Source of the DNA: Methanococcus maripaludis
Lineage (GTDB): Archaea > AGJL01 > Methanococci > Methanococcales > Methanococcaceae
Direction of reading: 5' to 3'
Length of the DNA: 32,000 bases
NCBI RefSeq assembly: GCF_002945325.1
Contig: NZ_CP026606.1
Span: 1 to 32,000, forward strand
Below, in pieces: positions 19,351-29,424 of this stretch (the stretch's first letter is position 1; each line of letters starts with the position of its first letter). The position numbers and the translations under genes were made by a program. A model generated the notes under the pieces. The model searched no databases and had not been told where the DNA came from. It was given only the letters and a program-made list of their open reading frames with translations.

Positions 19351-20700
19351 TTATTCCCAATTTTTAGCTTCATTGAGTACATTTTCTACAATTTCTGGAG
19401 CTAATCCAATATATGTTTTATAATCAAACATTTTTTCAATTTCATCAAGTGAAACGTATTTCATAACTTCAGGCTCTTCTAAAAGTACTTCTTTTAAGTG
19501 TCTTCCTTCATCGTGGGCTTTCATTGCACATTTTCTAACAGTTTCGTGACCGGTTTGTCTTCCCATTCCACTGTTTGCTAAAAACATCATTACTCTTTCA
19601 GCCATGATGAGCCCTTTTGTCATTTCAAGGTTTTTATTAACATTTTCAAGATTTACACTTAATTTTCTCATTCCTTTTATTGAAAGATTAATTATGTGGT
19701 CCAAAAGTACGCATGACTCTGGGAACAAGCATCTTTCTGATGATGAATTTGTTAAATCTCGTTCTTCCCAAAGCGGAATGTTGTCGAATTCTGCAAGTGC
19801 ATTTGCTTTTACAATTCTTGAAAGTCCACAAATCTGTTCAAATGTAATTGGATTTCTTTTGTGTGGCATTGTGGATGATCCAGTCTGCTTTGAAGCGTCA
19901 AATTCTTCTTCTAATTCTTTAATTTCGCTTCTCTGCATGCTTCTTACAGTAACTCCTATTTTATTCAAAGTCTGTGCAATTAATGCTAAAGTGGCCATGA
20001 ATTCTCCGTGTCTGTCTCTTTGAACAACCTGGTTTGAAATTAAAACTGGATCAAGTTCTAAAATTTCACCAACTCGTTTGTGGACTAAAATTCCATTTTC
20101 ACCGATTGCAGCCATGGTTCCTACTGCGCCTGTGATCATTGAAACACAGAGTCTTTTTTTAGATGCAGCAAGTCTTTCAATATGTCTTTGGATTTCTGAA
20201 GCCCACAATGCAAATTTCATTCCGTAAGTGGTTGGAACTGCATGCTGTCCGTGTGTTCTTCCAATGCAGACTGTTTTTTTGTGTTCTTCTGCTTTTTTTA
20301 AGAGTTCTCCTCTTAAAATTTTTAATTTACTTTCCAAAACTTCAAAAGCATCTTTAAATTGGAGGGACTGTGCAGTATCAATAATGTCATTTGATGTGGA
20401 ACCAAAGTGGATGTATTCTCCAGCATTTCCTTCGCACTGTTCAGCAAAAGCTTTTACAACTGAAACAACGTCGTGTCGTGTTGCCATTTCAATTTCTTTT
20501 ACTCTTTCAAGTTTTACAAATTCAGTTGATTTTTTCCTGTTTATTTCTTCTGCAGCTTCTTTTGGAATCATTCCAAGTTCTGCTTCTGCTAAAGCAAGGG
20601 CTGCCTCAACTTCTAACATTTTTTGAAGTTTTGTTTCTTCTTCCCATACCTTTTTCATTTCAGGAGTTCCGTATCTAAAGTCGATAGGGTGAATTGCCAT
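19351..20700 (-). CDS. purB: Adenylosuccinate lyase
   Basis: GSSTMPHKRNPITFEQICGL, FGSTSNDIIDTAQSL, GRTHGQHAVPTTYG. Confidence 0.95.
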   Translation of the reverse strand: MAIHPIDFRYGTPEMKKVWEEETKLQKMLEVEAALALAEAELGMIPKEAAEEINRKKSTEFVKLERVKEIEMATRHDVVSVVKAFAEQCEGNAGEYIHFGSTSNDIIDTAQSLQFKDAFEVLESKLKILRGELLKKAEEHKKTVCIGRTHGQHAVPTTYGMKFALWASEIQRHIERLAASKKRLCVSMITGAVGTMAAIGENGILVHKRVGEILELDPVLISNQVVQRDRHGEFMATLALIAQTLNKIGVTVRSMQRSEIKELEEEFDASKQTGSSTMPHKRNPITFEQICGLSRIVKANALAEFDNIPLWEERDLTNSSSERCLFPESCVLLDHIINLSIKGMRKLSVNLENVNKNLEMTKGLIMAERVMMFLANSGMGRQTGHETVRKCAMKAHDEGRHLKEVLLEEPEVMKYVSLDEIEKMFDYKTYIGLAPEIVENVLNEAKNWE

Positions 20701-20721
20701 GTAATCACCTTTTATAAAAAA

Positions 20722-22443
20722 TTATTTTCTGTTTCGTTCTATTTCGTATATTTTCTTCACATCATCTAAGGTATTAATGTCATTTATAGATTTGTCTTCC
20801 CTTATCTGGACAACTCTTGGAAAACGTAAGGCATAACCCATTTCATATTTTTCAGAAGTCTGAATTTCTTCGTAAGTTACTTCGAGTACTATTTTAGGTT
20901 CTAAAATTACTTCTTCACCCAAATCTTCGATTTTTATTTCATTAACTATTTTTGTGAGTTTTTCAAGGTCGTCTTCGGTAAGTCCGCTTCCAACGTTTCC
21001 GATAACGTGTAAGTTGCTATCATTATCTTTTACGGAGAGTTCATATGAACCATACCAGTCTTTTCTTTTTCCCATTCCAATTTTTGCACGGGTTACAACA
21101 ACATCAAGATTTTCTAACGTTGGTTTAACTTTATACATAGTTTTAACACGGCTTCCGGGAGTATATTGTGCATCGGGGTTTTTAATCATGATGCCTTCAT
21201 GGCCAATGCTTAAACTCCAGTTAAAAAATTCTTTTACAAGATTGGGATCATCACTATTTAATTTAAACGACGAAAATAGCATTTTGTTAGAAAATATCTC
21301 TTTTTTAATTTTTTCTAGTTCACTATCCCAGTTATTTGTTCCAAATAGTTTTTCTAAAATTTCCCGTCTTGTTTTTAGCGGAGTATCGATTAAACCTTTT
21401 TCATAGTATAAAACATCGAAGAAATATATTCTTAAAGCTATTTTTTCGGCCATTTTATCAATATTATATTTTCGCCTGAACCTTCTTAAAATATCTTGGA
21501 AAGGTCTTGGTTTTCCCGAATCTAAATCCATTGCAACGCATTCCCCTTCTAATATGATATTATCAATATCCAGTTTTTTGATTTCTTCAACGAGTTCAGG
21601 AACCGAATTTGTAATATTTTCAAGCCTTCTGCTGTATATTTTTACGCCTCCATTTGATTTATGCACTTGAACTCTTGCACCATCGTATTTAGTTTCAAAT
21701 TGGGGCATTTTAGTCTCAATCATCGCATCTTCAATTGACGGGGTTAGCTGTGCAAGCATCGGTTTTATCGGCCTGAATACTTTTAATTTTAATTCGGGAT
21801 CTTTTTCAATGTTTGAGCCAGAAATTAACTTTTCGCCCAAAAGTCCAATATCGTTTGTAACAGCATATATTTTTTCGACAGATTCCTTATTAACATTAAA
21901 ATAATTTGAAAATGAGGCTAAAATTGTTGGAATGTTCATTCCAATCCGCATATCTTCTAAAATAAGCCTTGAAATGTATCTTGATTCAACAGGGTCTGCT
22001 AAAATTAGTAAATTTGAAATTATTCTTGTTTTCTTTTTTTGTGAGGAATTTCCTTCGATTTCTGAAAGTTTTTTTAATGTGGAGTACACCTCTTCAAGCG
22101 TAAGTGCTTGGCTGAACAATGAAACCTGTTTTATATTTGAACTTAAATTTTCAACAGCAGTTCCAATGTCTCCGGTTTCTTTAATTTTTGATTTTAAATC
22201 TTTTTCAGATATCCCTGTGGTTTTTACTGCTTCAAGCAACAAATTTGGCCCAATTCCAATTTCTTTGTTTTCAAATTCTGCAAAAACCCTTCCAATCGTG
22301 ATTTGTGACACTTGTTTTAAATTTTCCGGTTTTTCATTATTTTTGATAAAATCGATTAATTCTACAAAATAGTCTGTTTTTTCAAGTCTTTTCGTAGTTT
22401 TTTCAATTTTATCAAGAATTTTACAAAAATCACTAAAAAGCAT
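20722..22443 (-). CDS. lig: ATP-dependent DNA ligase
   Basis: Adenylation motif ETKYDGARVQVHK, EGIMIKNP, YKVKPTLENLDVVV. Confidence 0.95.
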   Translation of the reverse strand: MLFSDFCKILDKIEKTTKRLEKTDYFVELIDFIKNNEKPENLKQVSQITIGRVFAEFENKEIGIGPNLLLEAVKTTGISEKDLKSKIKETGDIGTAVENLSSNIKQVSLFSQALTLEEVYSTLKKLSEIEGNSSQKKKTRIISNLLILADPVESRYISRLILEDMRIGMNIPTILASFSNYFNVNKESVEKIYAVTNDIGLLGEKLISGSNIEKDPELKLKVFRPIKPMLAQLTPSIEDAMIETKMPQFETKYDGARVQVHKSNGGVKIYSRRLENITNSVPELVEEIKKLDIDNIILEGECVAMDLDSGKPRPFQDILRRFRRKYNIDKMAEKIALRIYFFDVLYYEKGLIDTPLKTRREILEKLFGTNNWDSELEKIKKEIFSNKMLFSSFKLNSDDPNLVKEFFNWSLSIGHEGIMIKNPDAQYTPGSRVKTMYKVKPTLENLDVVVTRAKIGMGKRKDWYGSYELSVKDNDSNLHVIGNVGSGLTEDDLEKLTKIVNEIKIEDLGEEVILEPKIVLEVTYEEIQTSEKYEMGYALRFPRVVQIREDKSINDINTLDDVKKIYEIERNRK

Positions 22444-22471
22444 TATTACACCTTAAAAATAAAAAAGTAAA

Positions 22472-22897
22472 TTATTTTAAATCGACTTCAATAATTATCC
22501 CATCTTCAGATTCTAAAGGTTCTGTTTCTTGTGAATTTTCCGTTTTTTCAGGATTTTTCGAAGGTTCTTCTTCAGAATCTTTAGATTCATCTGAATCGTT
22601 TAAATATTTTTCCATATTCATTACATAATTTAAAGACTCATTAAAATCATCAACTGATCGGGATACAGTTTCAATGGCGTTTTCTTCTGAATTATTTCCT
22701 GAAAGACTTTCCGTATTATTCACAACCTTTTCTGAAAGTTCTAATGTGGATTCTGCATAGTCAAAGTAAGTTTCAGTAAATGAATCTGTGGTATCCAGCA
22801 GTTTTGAGTCATTAATTGTCTTCATTCCGACCATCAAAATCATCAAGACCGCAAAAAGCGATATAAGTAATTTCAGCTGCTGCATCATGTTTTTCAC
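22472..22897 (-). CDS. Hypothetical membrane-anchored acidic protein
   Basis: 141-aa ORF with N-terminal TM helix LLISLFAVLMILMVG and Ser/Glu/Asp-rich C-terminal half; start GTG 22897 or ATG 22888. Confidence 0.6.
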   Translation of the reverse strand: MKNMMQQLKLLISLFAVLMILMVGMKTINDSKLLDTTDSFTETYFDYAESTLELSEKVVNNTESLSGNNSEENAIETVSRSVDDFNESLNYVMNMEKYLNDSDESKDSEEEPSKNPEKTENSQETEPLESEDGIIIEVDLK

Positions 22898-22921
22898 GAC
22901 AGTACTGATTTTTAATATTTT

Positions 22922-24196
22922 TTAATTTAATCTTCTTTTAACTGCTTCAGAATGGTTAAATAATCCTTCAGCTTCTGCAAGTGTAGTTACAATGTCACTA
23001 ATTCCTAAAAGTCCTTCTTTTGTCAATTCTTGAACTGTTGGCTTTTTAATAAATGTTTCAACGCTGAGTCCAGAATACATTTTTGCACAGGCGGATGTTG
23101 GAAGAACGTGGTTAGTACCGCTTGCATAGTCTCCAACAGGAACGGGTGCGTAATTTCCTAAAAAGATGCTTCCTGCATTTTCAATGGATTTTAAAACTTC
23201 TCTAGGATTTTTCGTCATTATTTCCAAGTGTTCTGGCGCGTAGCTGTTTGAAAGTTCAATACACTCCTCAATTGAGCCGATAACGATTGCAGAATTTAAA
23301 ATCGATTTTTCAATAATTTCGGTTCTTTTAGCAGTTTTTATTTCCATCAAAATTCTTTCTTTGATTTTTTCTGCTTTTTCTTCGGAAGTGACGGTAATTA
23401 TACATGAAGCGTTAGGATCGTGCTCAGCCTGTGCTAAAAAGTCCATTGCAACGTATTCTTCATTTGATGATTCATCACACATAATAAGAACTTCGGAAGG
23501 CCCTGCTGGAAAATCAATTGAAACTTCACCGTAAACTAACTTTTTAGCGGCAGTTACAAAGATATTTCCAGGCCCTACAATAATATCGACTTTTGGAATA
23601 GATTTAGTACCGTATGCAAGAGCTCCAATTGCTTGTGCTCCTCCGATTTTGTATATTCCATCAGCTTTTGCAATGTCTGAGGCAACAAGTGTTGCAGGGT
23701 TTCCTTCGGTTCCGTTTGGAGGGGATGTTACAATTACTTCTTTTACGCCAGCTACTTTTGCAGGAGTTACAGTCATTAAAACTGTTGAAGGGTAAAATGC
23801 CCGTCCTCCTGGAACATAACATCCAGCTTTTTCAACAGGTCTTATGATCTGTCCAGCTTTAATTCCTTTTTTTTCAATTTCCCATTCGTTTAAATTTTTA
23901 AACTGGATTTCGTGAAATTCTTTAATATTTTCGTAAGCTTTTTCAAGAGATTCCACTACTTTTGAATCGATTTTGTCGTATGCTTTATCAATTTCTTCAG
24001 AAGATACCTTAAAATTATCAAGGTTTACGCCATCGAATTTTTTAGTATATTCTTTTAAGGCATTATCTCCATTTTTTTGAACATTTTCTAAAATTTCGCT
24101 TACTGTTGGTAAAATTCCAGAAATATTTGTCTTATTCCTGTTAAGTATAATATCAAGTTCTTTTTCGTTTAATTTTGATATTTTTTTGACAATCAT
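22922..24196 (-). CDS. hisD: Histidinol dehydrogenase
   Basis: [64 protein letters not shown]. Start set at MIVKK (24196). Confidence 0.95.
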   Translation of the reverse strand: MIVKKISKLNEKELDIILNRNKTNISGILPTVSEILENVQKNGDNALKEYTKKFDGVNLDNFKVSSEEIDKAYDKIDSKVVESLEKAYENIKEFHEIQFKNLNEWEIEKKGIKAGQIIRPVEKAGCYVPGGRAFYPSTVLMTVTPAKVAGVKEVIVTSPPNGTEGNPATLVASDIAKADGIYKIGGAQAIGALAYGTKSIPKVDIIVGPGNIFVTAAKKLVYGEVSIDFPAGPSEVLIMCDESSNEEYVAMDFLAQAEHDPNASCIITVTSEEKAEKIKERILMEIKTAKRTEIIEKSILNSAIVIGSIEECIELSNSYAPEHLEIMTKNPREVLKSIENAGSIFLGNYAPVPVGDYASGTNHVLPTSACAKMYSGLSVETFIKKPTVQELTKEGLLGISDIVTTLAEAEGLFNHSEAVKRRLN

Positions 24197-24213
24197 AATC
24201 CACACCAACCAAA

Positions 24214-24645
24214 TCATAGAACCTCGATAAGAGCAATTTTTTCACAAACTCTTTCAATTAGGTTTCCGTGAAGGTTAATTTCAAAAACTTCCCTTATCTT
24301 TTTTTCTTTTTCGCTATTTAATTCAAGAACGCTGTCATCAATGCATCCTTTTACCGTATTTTTTATTTTTTCAAACGTTTTTTCATCTTCGCATACAACG
24401 CAGATGTTTCCTTTTTTTGCACCAAGTATTTTTATCGCATTTGAAATTTGCTTTTGCCCTGATGCACGAAGTAGTATTTCCATCCAGATGTTTTTTGAGA
24501 TATTGTGTTTTGTTTTTGCCTGGTATATACTGTGCAAAATATGTGTTTTTGTAGCTACTCTATCTGCATTTAATATCTGGAAGTTAAGCCCCATTTTAAA
24601 GATTTCGTCGGGAACTTCTGCATCCTTGATGCCTTTTATTATCAT
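24214..24645 (-). CDS. cgi121: KEOPS complex subunit Cgi121
   Basis: WMEILLRASGQKQISNAIKILGAKKG is the family hallmark as I recognise it. Confidence 0.82.
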   Translation of the reverse strand: MIIKGIKDAEVPDEIFKMGLNFQILNADRVATKTHILHSIYQAKTKHNISKNIWMEILLRASGQKQISNAIKILGAKKGNICVVCEDEKTFEKIKNTVKGCIDDSVLELNSEKEKKIREVFEINLHGNLIERVCEKIALIEVL

Positions 24646-24794
24646 ATTTTCGCTCTTATTTTGTATTAAGGACGTTTAAAATTAGACTTAATACCAATCA
24701 AATTAATCATGATATATTTTAATATACCTTGATATTTCCTTTTATAAGTATTTATTTTAAAATCGGTTTCCCTAAATTAATATTTGGAAGTGTT

Positions 24795-24816
24795 TACCAA
24801 CAAATTACCAACAAAT
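24795..24816. repeat. Perfect 11-bp tandem duplication TACCAACAAAT x2 upstream of cobA
   Basis: Copies at 24795-24805 and 24806-24816, just upstream of TATA-like ttttatatataaaat. Confidence 0.5.
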
Positions 24817-24901
24817 ATCAAATTTTATATATAAAATTGAACTTAAATCTCATCTATTGTATATTCATGTATTTTGTAAAATTTAGAGAAAAGGGAAAAT
24901 T

Positions 24902-25621
24902 ATGAAAGTTATTTTAGTTGGTGCAGGCCCTGGTGACGAGGGATTAATCACATTAAAAGGTGTAGAAGCAATAAAAAATGCAGATGTAATAGTTTATGAT
25001 GATTTAATCGGGGAAAAACTTTTAAAATATGCTAAAACGGGTTCTGAACTCATCTATGTTGGAAAAAGAAAAGGTAAACATTCATACAAACAGGAAGAAA
25101 TAAACGAAATATTGATTGATAAAGCAAAAGAAAATAAAAATGTTGTACGGCTTAAGGGTGGAGATTCTTTTGTATTTGGCAGAGGTGGAGAAGAAGTTCT
25201 TGCTTTAAAAAAAGAAGGAATAGAATATGAAATGATACCAGGAATTACTTCTTCAATTTCAGTTCCAGAAATTTTTGGAATTCCTGTAACTCACAGAAAA
25301 GTTGCAACATCATTTACTGTTGTAACTGGCCATGAAGCAGGAGACAAGACCGAAAAAGAAATGCAGGTAAAACTAAGCGAATTAAATGCAGACACAATAG
25401 TAATATTGATGGGAATTACAACTCTTGAAAAGCACGTAAAAGAACTGTTGAAAAATCCAAAAAGAAATGAAAATACGCCTGTTGCAATTTTAATGGATGG
25501 AACGAGAGAAAATCAAAGAATTGTTAAAGGAAATTTATCAAATATTGTTGAAAAGGCAAAATTGGAAAATGTATGCCCTCCCGGAATTATTATCGTTGGA
25601 AATGTTGTAGATGTACTTTAA
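24902..25621 (+). CDS. cobA: Uroporphyrinogen-III C-methyltransferase
   Basis: LVGAGPGDEGLITLKGVEAI, VRLKGGDSFVFGRGGEE, GITSSISVPEIFGIPVTHR. Confidence 0.95.
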   Translation: MKVILVGAGPGDEGLITLKGVEAIKNADVIVYDDLIGEKLLKYAKTGSELIYVGKRKGKHSYKQEEINEILIDKAKENKNVVRLKGGDSFVFGRGGEEVLALKKEGIEYEMIPGITSSISVPEIFGIPVTHRKVATSFTVVTGHEAGDKTEKEMQVKLSELNADTIVILMGITTLEKHVKELLKNPKRNENTPVAILMDGTRENQRIVKGNLSNIVEKAKLENVCPPGIIIVGNVVDVL

Positions 25622-25668
25622 AATAATAAAAACTTATAAAAAGTAATACGATATATGGGATTTAAAGG

Positions 25669-26286
25669 ATGATAAATTGTAAAGTATCCGCACAAAATGG
25701 TGAAAATTTGAATGAAGACTACCAAAAAACAATTGAATTTCACGGCCATGAATGCCCAGGTGTTACAATCGGTTACAGGGTTTCAAAATATGTGTTAGAT
25801 CACTACGAAAGATCTGAAGATGAACAGCTTGTTGCAATAGTTGAAAATAACTCCTGTAGTATTGATGGAATACAGCAGATGCTTGGATGCACATTTGGAA
25901 AAGGAAATCTGAAATTTAAAGACAACGGAAAGCACGTTTACACATTTTACTCAAGAGATAACGATAAAGCTCTCAGAATTTATTTAAAATACAATCTTGC
26001 AGAGAAGGTAGGAAACTTCAACAAAAAGTTCAATGAAGGAACTTTAACTGCAGAAGACGAGAAACAGATGTTTGAAAGAAGAAAAGAAGCTGTTAAACAT
26101 CTTATGGAAGCTCCTGAAGAAGAATTATTCGATGTACAATGGGTAGAAATTGAAGAACCTAAAAAAGCAAGACTTTATCCATCACTTACTTGCGAAAACT
26201 GTGGAGAAACATTTATGGAAATTAAGGGAAGAACTATTGATGGTAAAATAGTCTGTAAAGAATGTTTCCAAAAATTAGTTCATTAA
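25669..26286 (+). CDS. FmdE/FwdE-like protein with C-terminal zinc finger
   Basis: EFHGHECPGVTIGYRV, NNSCSIDGIQQMLGCTFGKGNL; CENCGETF...CKECF. Confidence 0.85.
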   Translation: MINCKVSAQNGENLNEDYQKTIEFHGHECPGVTIGYRVSKYVLDHYERSEDEQLVAIVENNSCSIDGIQQMLGCTFGKGNLKFKDNGKHVYTFYSRDNDKALRIYLKYNLAEKVGNFNKKFNEGTLTAEDEKQMFERRKEAVKHLMEAPEEELFDVQWVEIEEPKKARLYPSLTCENCGETFMEIKGRTIDGKIVCKECFQKLVH

Positions 26287-26334
26287 CTAAATTATTTTTC
26301 TTTTTTTAATCTAAAATTTTAAAATTCAGAAAAG

Positions 26335-26592
26335 TTATAAGACGTTTTGTTTTACGTAAATATAGGCCAAAATTAAAATAACAAGAAACAACGGGAATAT
26401 ATAATTTATAATAATTTTATTTTCAATGCTTTTTAATCTTTTTTTCTTTGAAATTATTTTTTTGTTCAGGTATCGAATTGATTCCGAACGGGACATCGTG
26501 GTTTCATCAGAATATCCTATTTTTTTGTTGATTTCTTCTTTTAGCTCCCCTATTTCCCCTTTAATTTTAAAATACTCCGAAATAGTACCCAT
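26335..26592 (-). CDS. Small hypothetical membrane protein (coiled-coil region plus C-terminal TM helix)
   Basis: 85 aa; GEIGELKEEINKKIG..., C-terminal IIINYIFPLFLVILILAYIYV; GGTGG upstream of ATG on minus strand. Confidence 0.6.
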   Translation of the reverse strand: MGTISEYFKIKGEIGELKEEINKKIGYSDETTMSRSESIRYLNKKIISKKKRLKSIENKIIINYIFPLFLVILILAYIYVKQNVL

Positions 26593-26717
26593 AATACCAC
26601 CTGTATGTAATAGTAGCTATATAGTGTTTTAAAATATTAATACTTTTCAGATGAGTTAATAGGTTTAATAATTTTTTAAATATGGTATTTTTCAAAAAAT
26701 AAAAAAAGAGTTTTCAA

Positions 26718-27437
26718 TTATTCGCGATTTAAGTACTCGTATGTAAATGCGGCAACTATTGCTCCAAGAATCGGGCCGATAATATATATCGGGAAGTAGT
26801 ACCACAGATTTAACCCGTAAATACTATCTATCAAATACGGCCCAAAAGTCCTTGCAGGGTTTAGTGAGGCTCCCGCAATATTTCCAGTAGTCGTAATTAT
26901 TGCACCAACTGTCAAACCGATAACCAGTCCTGCAAAGCCATCGGGAGCACGTTTATCCACCGCAACACCCATTATAACGAACATTAGTAGGAATGTTCCA
27001 ATAAATTCTGCGAGTATTGCCTGGAAATAGCTTATTCCTGCAAATGGTGCAGTAGCCCCAAGTCCCCCAACTGTTACAGAATCAATTCCAATGCATGCAA
27101 AGAACAGTAGAGAACCAATTGCAGCACCGATTAACTGGGCGATAATATATAGAACTGTATCTTTTGTGGGGAATTTTTTAACGGCCCATAGTCCAATTGT
27201 AACTGCAGGATTAATATGGGCTCCAGAAATACGTCCCATTGTATAAATTACTGCAGCAATAGCGATTGCAAATGAAAATCCAATTGCAAACCAGTCTCCA
27301 AGTCCACCCAATAATCCAATTCCTGCAGTTCCGGTATTATTTGCAATCATTAAAGTCATTGCAGCAGCACCTGGACCAAAAAATACTAAAATACCAGTTC
27401 CAAGGCATTCTGCAATTAATTTTTTAAGCATGCTCAT
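26718..27437 (-). CDS. aqpM: Aquaporin (MIP family), AqpM-like
   Basis: Two NPA motifs: GAHINPAVTIG and GASLNPARTFGP; 239 aa. Confidence 0.92.
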   Translation of the reverse strand: MSMLKKLIAECLGTGILVFFGPGAAAMTLMIANNTGTAGIGLLGGLGDWFAIGFSFAIAIAAVIYTMGRISGAHINPAVTIGLWAVKKFPTKDTVLYIIAQLIGAAIGSLLFFACIGIDSVTVGGLGATAPFAGISYFQAILAEFIGTFLLMFVIMGVAVDKRAPDGFAGLVIGLTVGAIITTTGNIAGASLNPARTFGPYLIDSIYGLNLWYYFPIYIIGPILGAIVAAFTYEYLNRE

Positions 27438-27649
27438 TTTTTACCCCCCATAAGTGCATTATAGCAGGGTTTGCAGAGCATTCTTGGAATTGTCTTTTTT
27501 AATTTCGTGGCTGGAAATGGGTATCCTCCTTCCCAGTGGTCGATTTCTTCACGTACTACGTGGTCCATACAAACGCCCATTCCACAAACTATGCACGAAG
27601 CTACTGCATCGGTATCTTTTCCTTCTAATTTACAGAGATAACACTTCAT
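27434..27649 (-). CDS. DUF2180-like Cys-rich protein
   Basis: CYLC, CIVCGMGVCMDH, CKPCY; overlaps aqpM start by 4 nt (ATGA). Confidence 0.75.
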   Translation of the reverse strand: MKCYLCKLEGKDTDAVASCIVCGMGVCMDHVVREEIDHWEGGYPFPATKLKKTIPRMLCKPCYNALMGGKK

Positions 27650-27684
27650 TTTACCCCTCCGTTAAAAATGAAAATAGTTATGAA

Positions 27685-29184
27685 TTATACTGCTTCTCTG
27701 TACTGGCAGTACTGATGTCTAAAGTCCACCAAACAAGCGGTTGCACAGTCTTTACAAACTCTTGCAGGAGCTCCAGGTGTTTCTTTATGCAGTGCAATAA
27801 TGTTTGTCATCATTGTTGCAGTTACAGGTTCACTCGTTAAAAGACATGGATAGTCTGCAAGCCTCATCAGTGCTGAAAATCGAACTGTTATTGCACAAGC
27901 AGGGTATGCATATCTTTGTGGGTTCATAATAACCTCATTTTTGAAGATAGGATCAAGATCTACTTTGAAGTTACCTATTTTAGGAGTTATTGGAGCATCG
28001 CTTCCATTTTTAACTCTTCGAGCTTTATCAATTAACTTCCAACCCCTATATATCATGTCCATGAAGTCGTGGTTGTGAAGTTCTGCAGCCGCACCTCTTG
28101 TTGGATAGAGCTGTACATAGTTATGGAATCTTTTCGTAAGTAAATCTACAACTGTTGGTGCATTAAATCCATCTAATTCAAGCATGCATTCTGTTGCAGC
28201 AGCAGTTGACCCTGTTGCAAGAGATAATACTTCATATTCATTTTTGAAGTTTTTCACGTTTGATCGTAATGTATTGTCCATTACTGTTGAAACAGCTTCG
28301 ATTACTCCCATTACAACGTCATCTTTGCACATGTTAAATGTTGATTGGGCAACGTGGTGTGCAATATCCCCAACACAGTATGCAGGAATAGTTACAATGT
28401 TTCCGTAATGAACTTCTGATTCCATTGCAGCAGATACTGCCGATTCCATTTTCTTTTTGTATTCTCCCATATATTTTCTAACATCGAAGCTTTCATGGCC
28501 GAAATCGTCCATAAGTTTTGCTTGAGCGTCAATTGGTTTATCATAAATGAATTTTATCATTTCAATTTCTTCTTTAATGGCTTCATTTAATGATTTTCCT
28601 GCTTCAACTGCATTTGTAAATTTTTCCCCAAAACCATAGGATGTATTCATTCCCCATGATTTTGACGCTAAAATCGCTTGTTTGTGTGCAATTGGAATAT
28701 CTACATTTTTAAGAATCCTGTTTACGATGTTACTCGTGCTTCCAGGAATCAATGCGAAGTCTACAACACAGGTAGGCCCATAAAAACCACCATACCTTCT
28801 GAGAACTTCTTTACCTATAAGCGCTTCTGATTTTTCAATTGTTTGAATAAATTTTTCAACGCTTTTTCTAAATTCTGGGTCTTCTTTGTAAAGTATTTCA
28901 AGTATGGCTGGAGTTTGATAGTGTTCAACAAATGGGTCATCTTCAGGTCTTACAGTTTTGGTAAGTTCCGATAAAATATCGAAATGCGCATTAATCGAAT
29001 CTTTATGTAATTTAATTACCGAAGGATCCTGATTCCCAACCGCCTCCATCTTATTTGCAACATCTACGTATCCTTTAGCATGCTTTATCTTAAATTCATG
29101 CCCTCTTTTTTCTTTAATTATGTCTACATCCGCCCATTGAGCAGCCATTGCTTCATTAACCATTTTTGAGTATATTTCTTCCAT
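27685..29184 (-). CDS. DUF2193-like methanogen protein
   Basis: 499-aa ORF ending CKDCATACLVDFRHQYCQYREAV; strong SD GGGGGATAGG. Family call from memory. Confidence 0.7.
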   Translation of the reverse strand: MEEIYSKMVNEAMAAQWADVDIIKEKRGHEFKIKHAKGYVDVANKMEAVGNQDPSVIKLHKDSINAHFDILSELTKTVRPEDDPFVEHYQTPAILEILYKEDPEFRKSVEKFIQTIEKSEALIGKEVLRRYGGFYGPTCVVDFALIPGSTSNIVNRILKNVDIPIAHKQAILASKSWGMNTSYGFGEKFTNAVEAGKSLNEAIKEEIEMIKFIYDKPIDAQAKLMDDFGHESFDVRKYMGEYKKKMESAVSAAMESEVHYGNIVTIPAYCVGDIAHHVAQSTFNMCKDDVVMGVIEAVSTVMDNTLRSNVKNFKNEYEVLSLATGSTAAATECMLELDGFNAPTVVDLLTKRFHNYVQLYPTRGAAAELHNHDFMDMIYRGWKLIDKARRVKNGSDAPITPKIGNFKVDLDPIFKNEVIMNPQRYAYPACAITVRFSALMRLADYPCLLTSEPVTATMMTNIIALHKETPGAPARVCKDCATACLVDFRHQYCQYREAV

Positions 29185-29188
29185 ATCC

Positions 29189-29266
29189 TATCCCCCTATT
29201 GATTGGATACCTAAACGGCTCAAGCTTTAAACAGCGTCCTCTTTAATTTACAGGCAGTCTGTTTAA
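29189..29266 (-). promoter_or_regulatory. Potentially structured 5' leader of the DUF2193/DUF2180/aquaporin operon
   Basis: Inverted repeat TTAAACAG (29227-29234)/CTGTTTAA (29259-29266), and TATCC/GGATA complementarity (29205-29209 with 29189-29193) overlapping the SD. Confidence 0.3.
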
Positions 29267-29424
29267 TTATTAGCCATATAAAAATATGAACATAGTATAT
29301 TATATGGTTTTTCAAAATAAATAAAAAAATCCCTATTTTTCTTTAATTTATTAATTAAAGCTTATTTTGGGGGTAGGGTTGTGAAGTTAAAATAGCAGTA
29401 AAATATATATACTATAATGGTAGT

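Noticed and set aside
19604-20678. Plus-strand ORFs inside purB, including a 139-aa one
   Set aside because: Ser/Phe-rich reverse frames of purB; no SD support.
23614-23847. Leu/Gln-rich ORF on the plus strand inside hisD
   Set aside because: Low-complexity shadow of the hisD reading frame.
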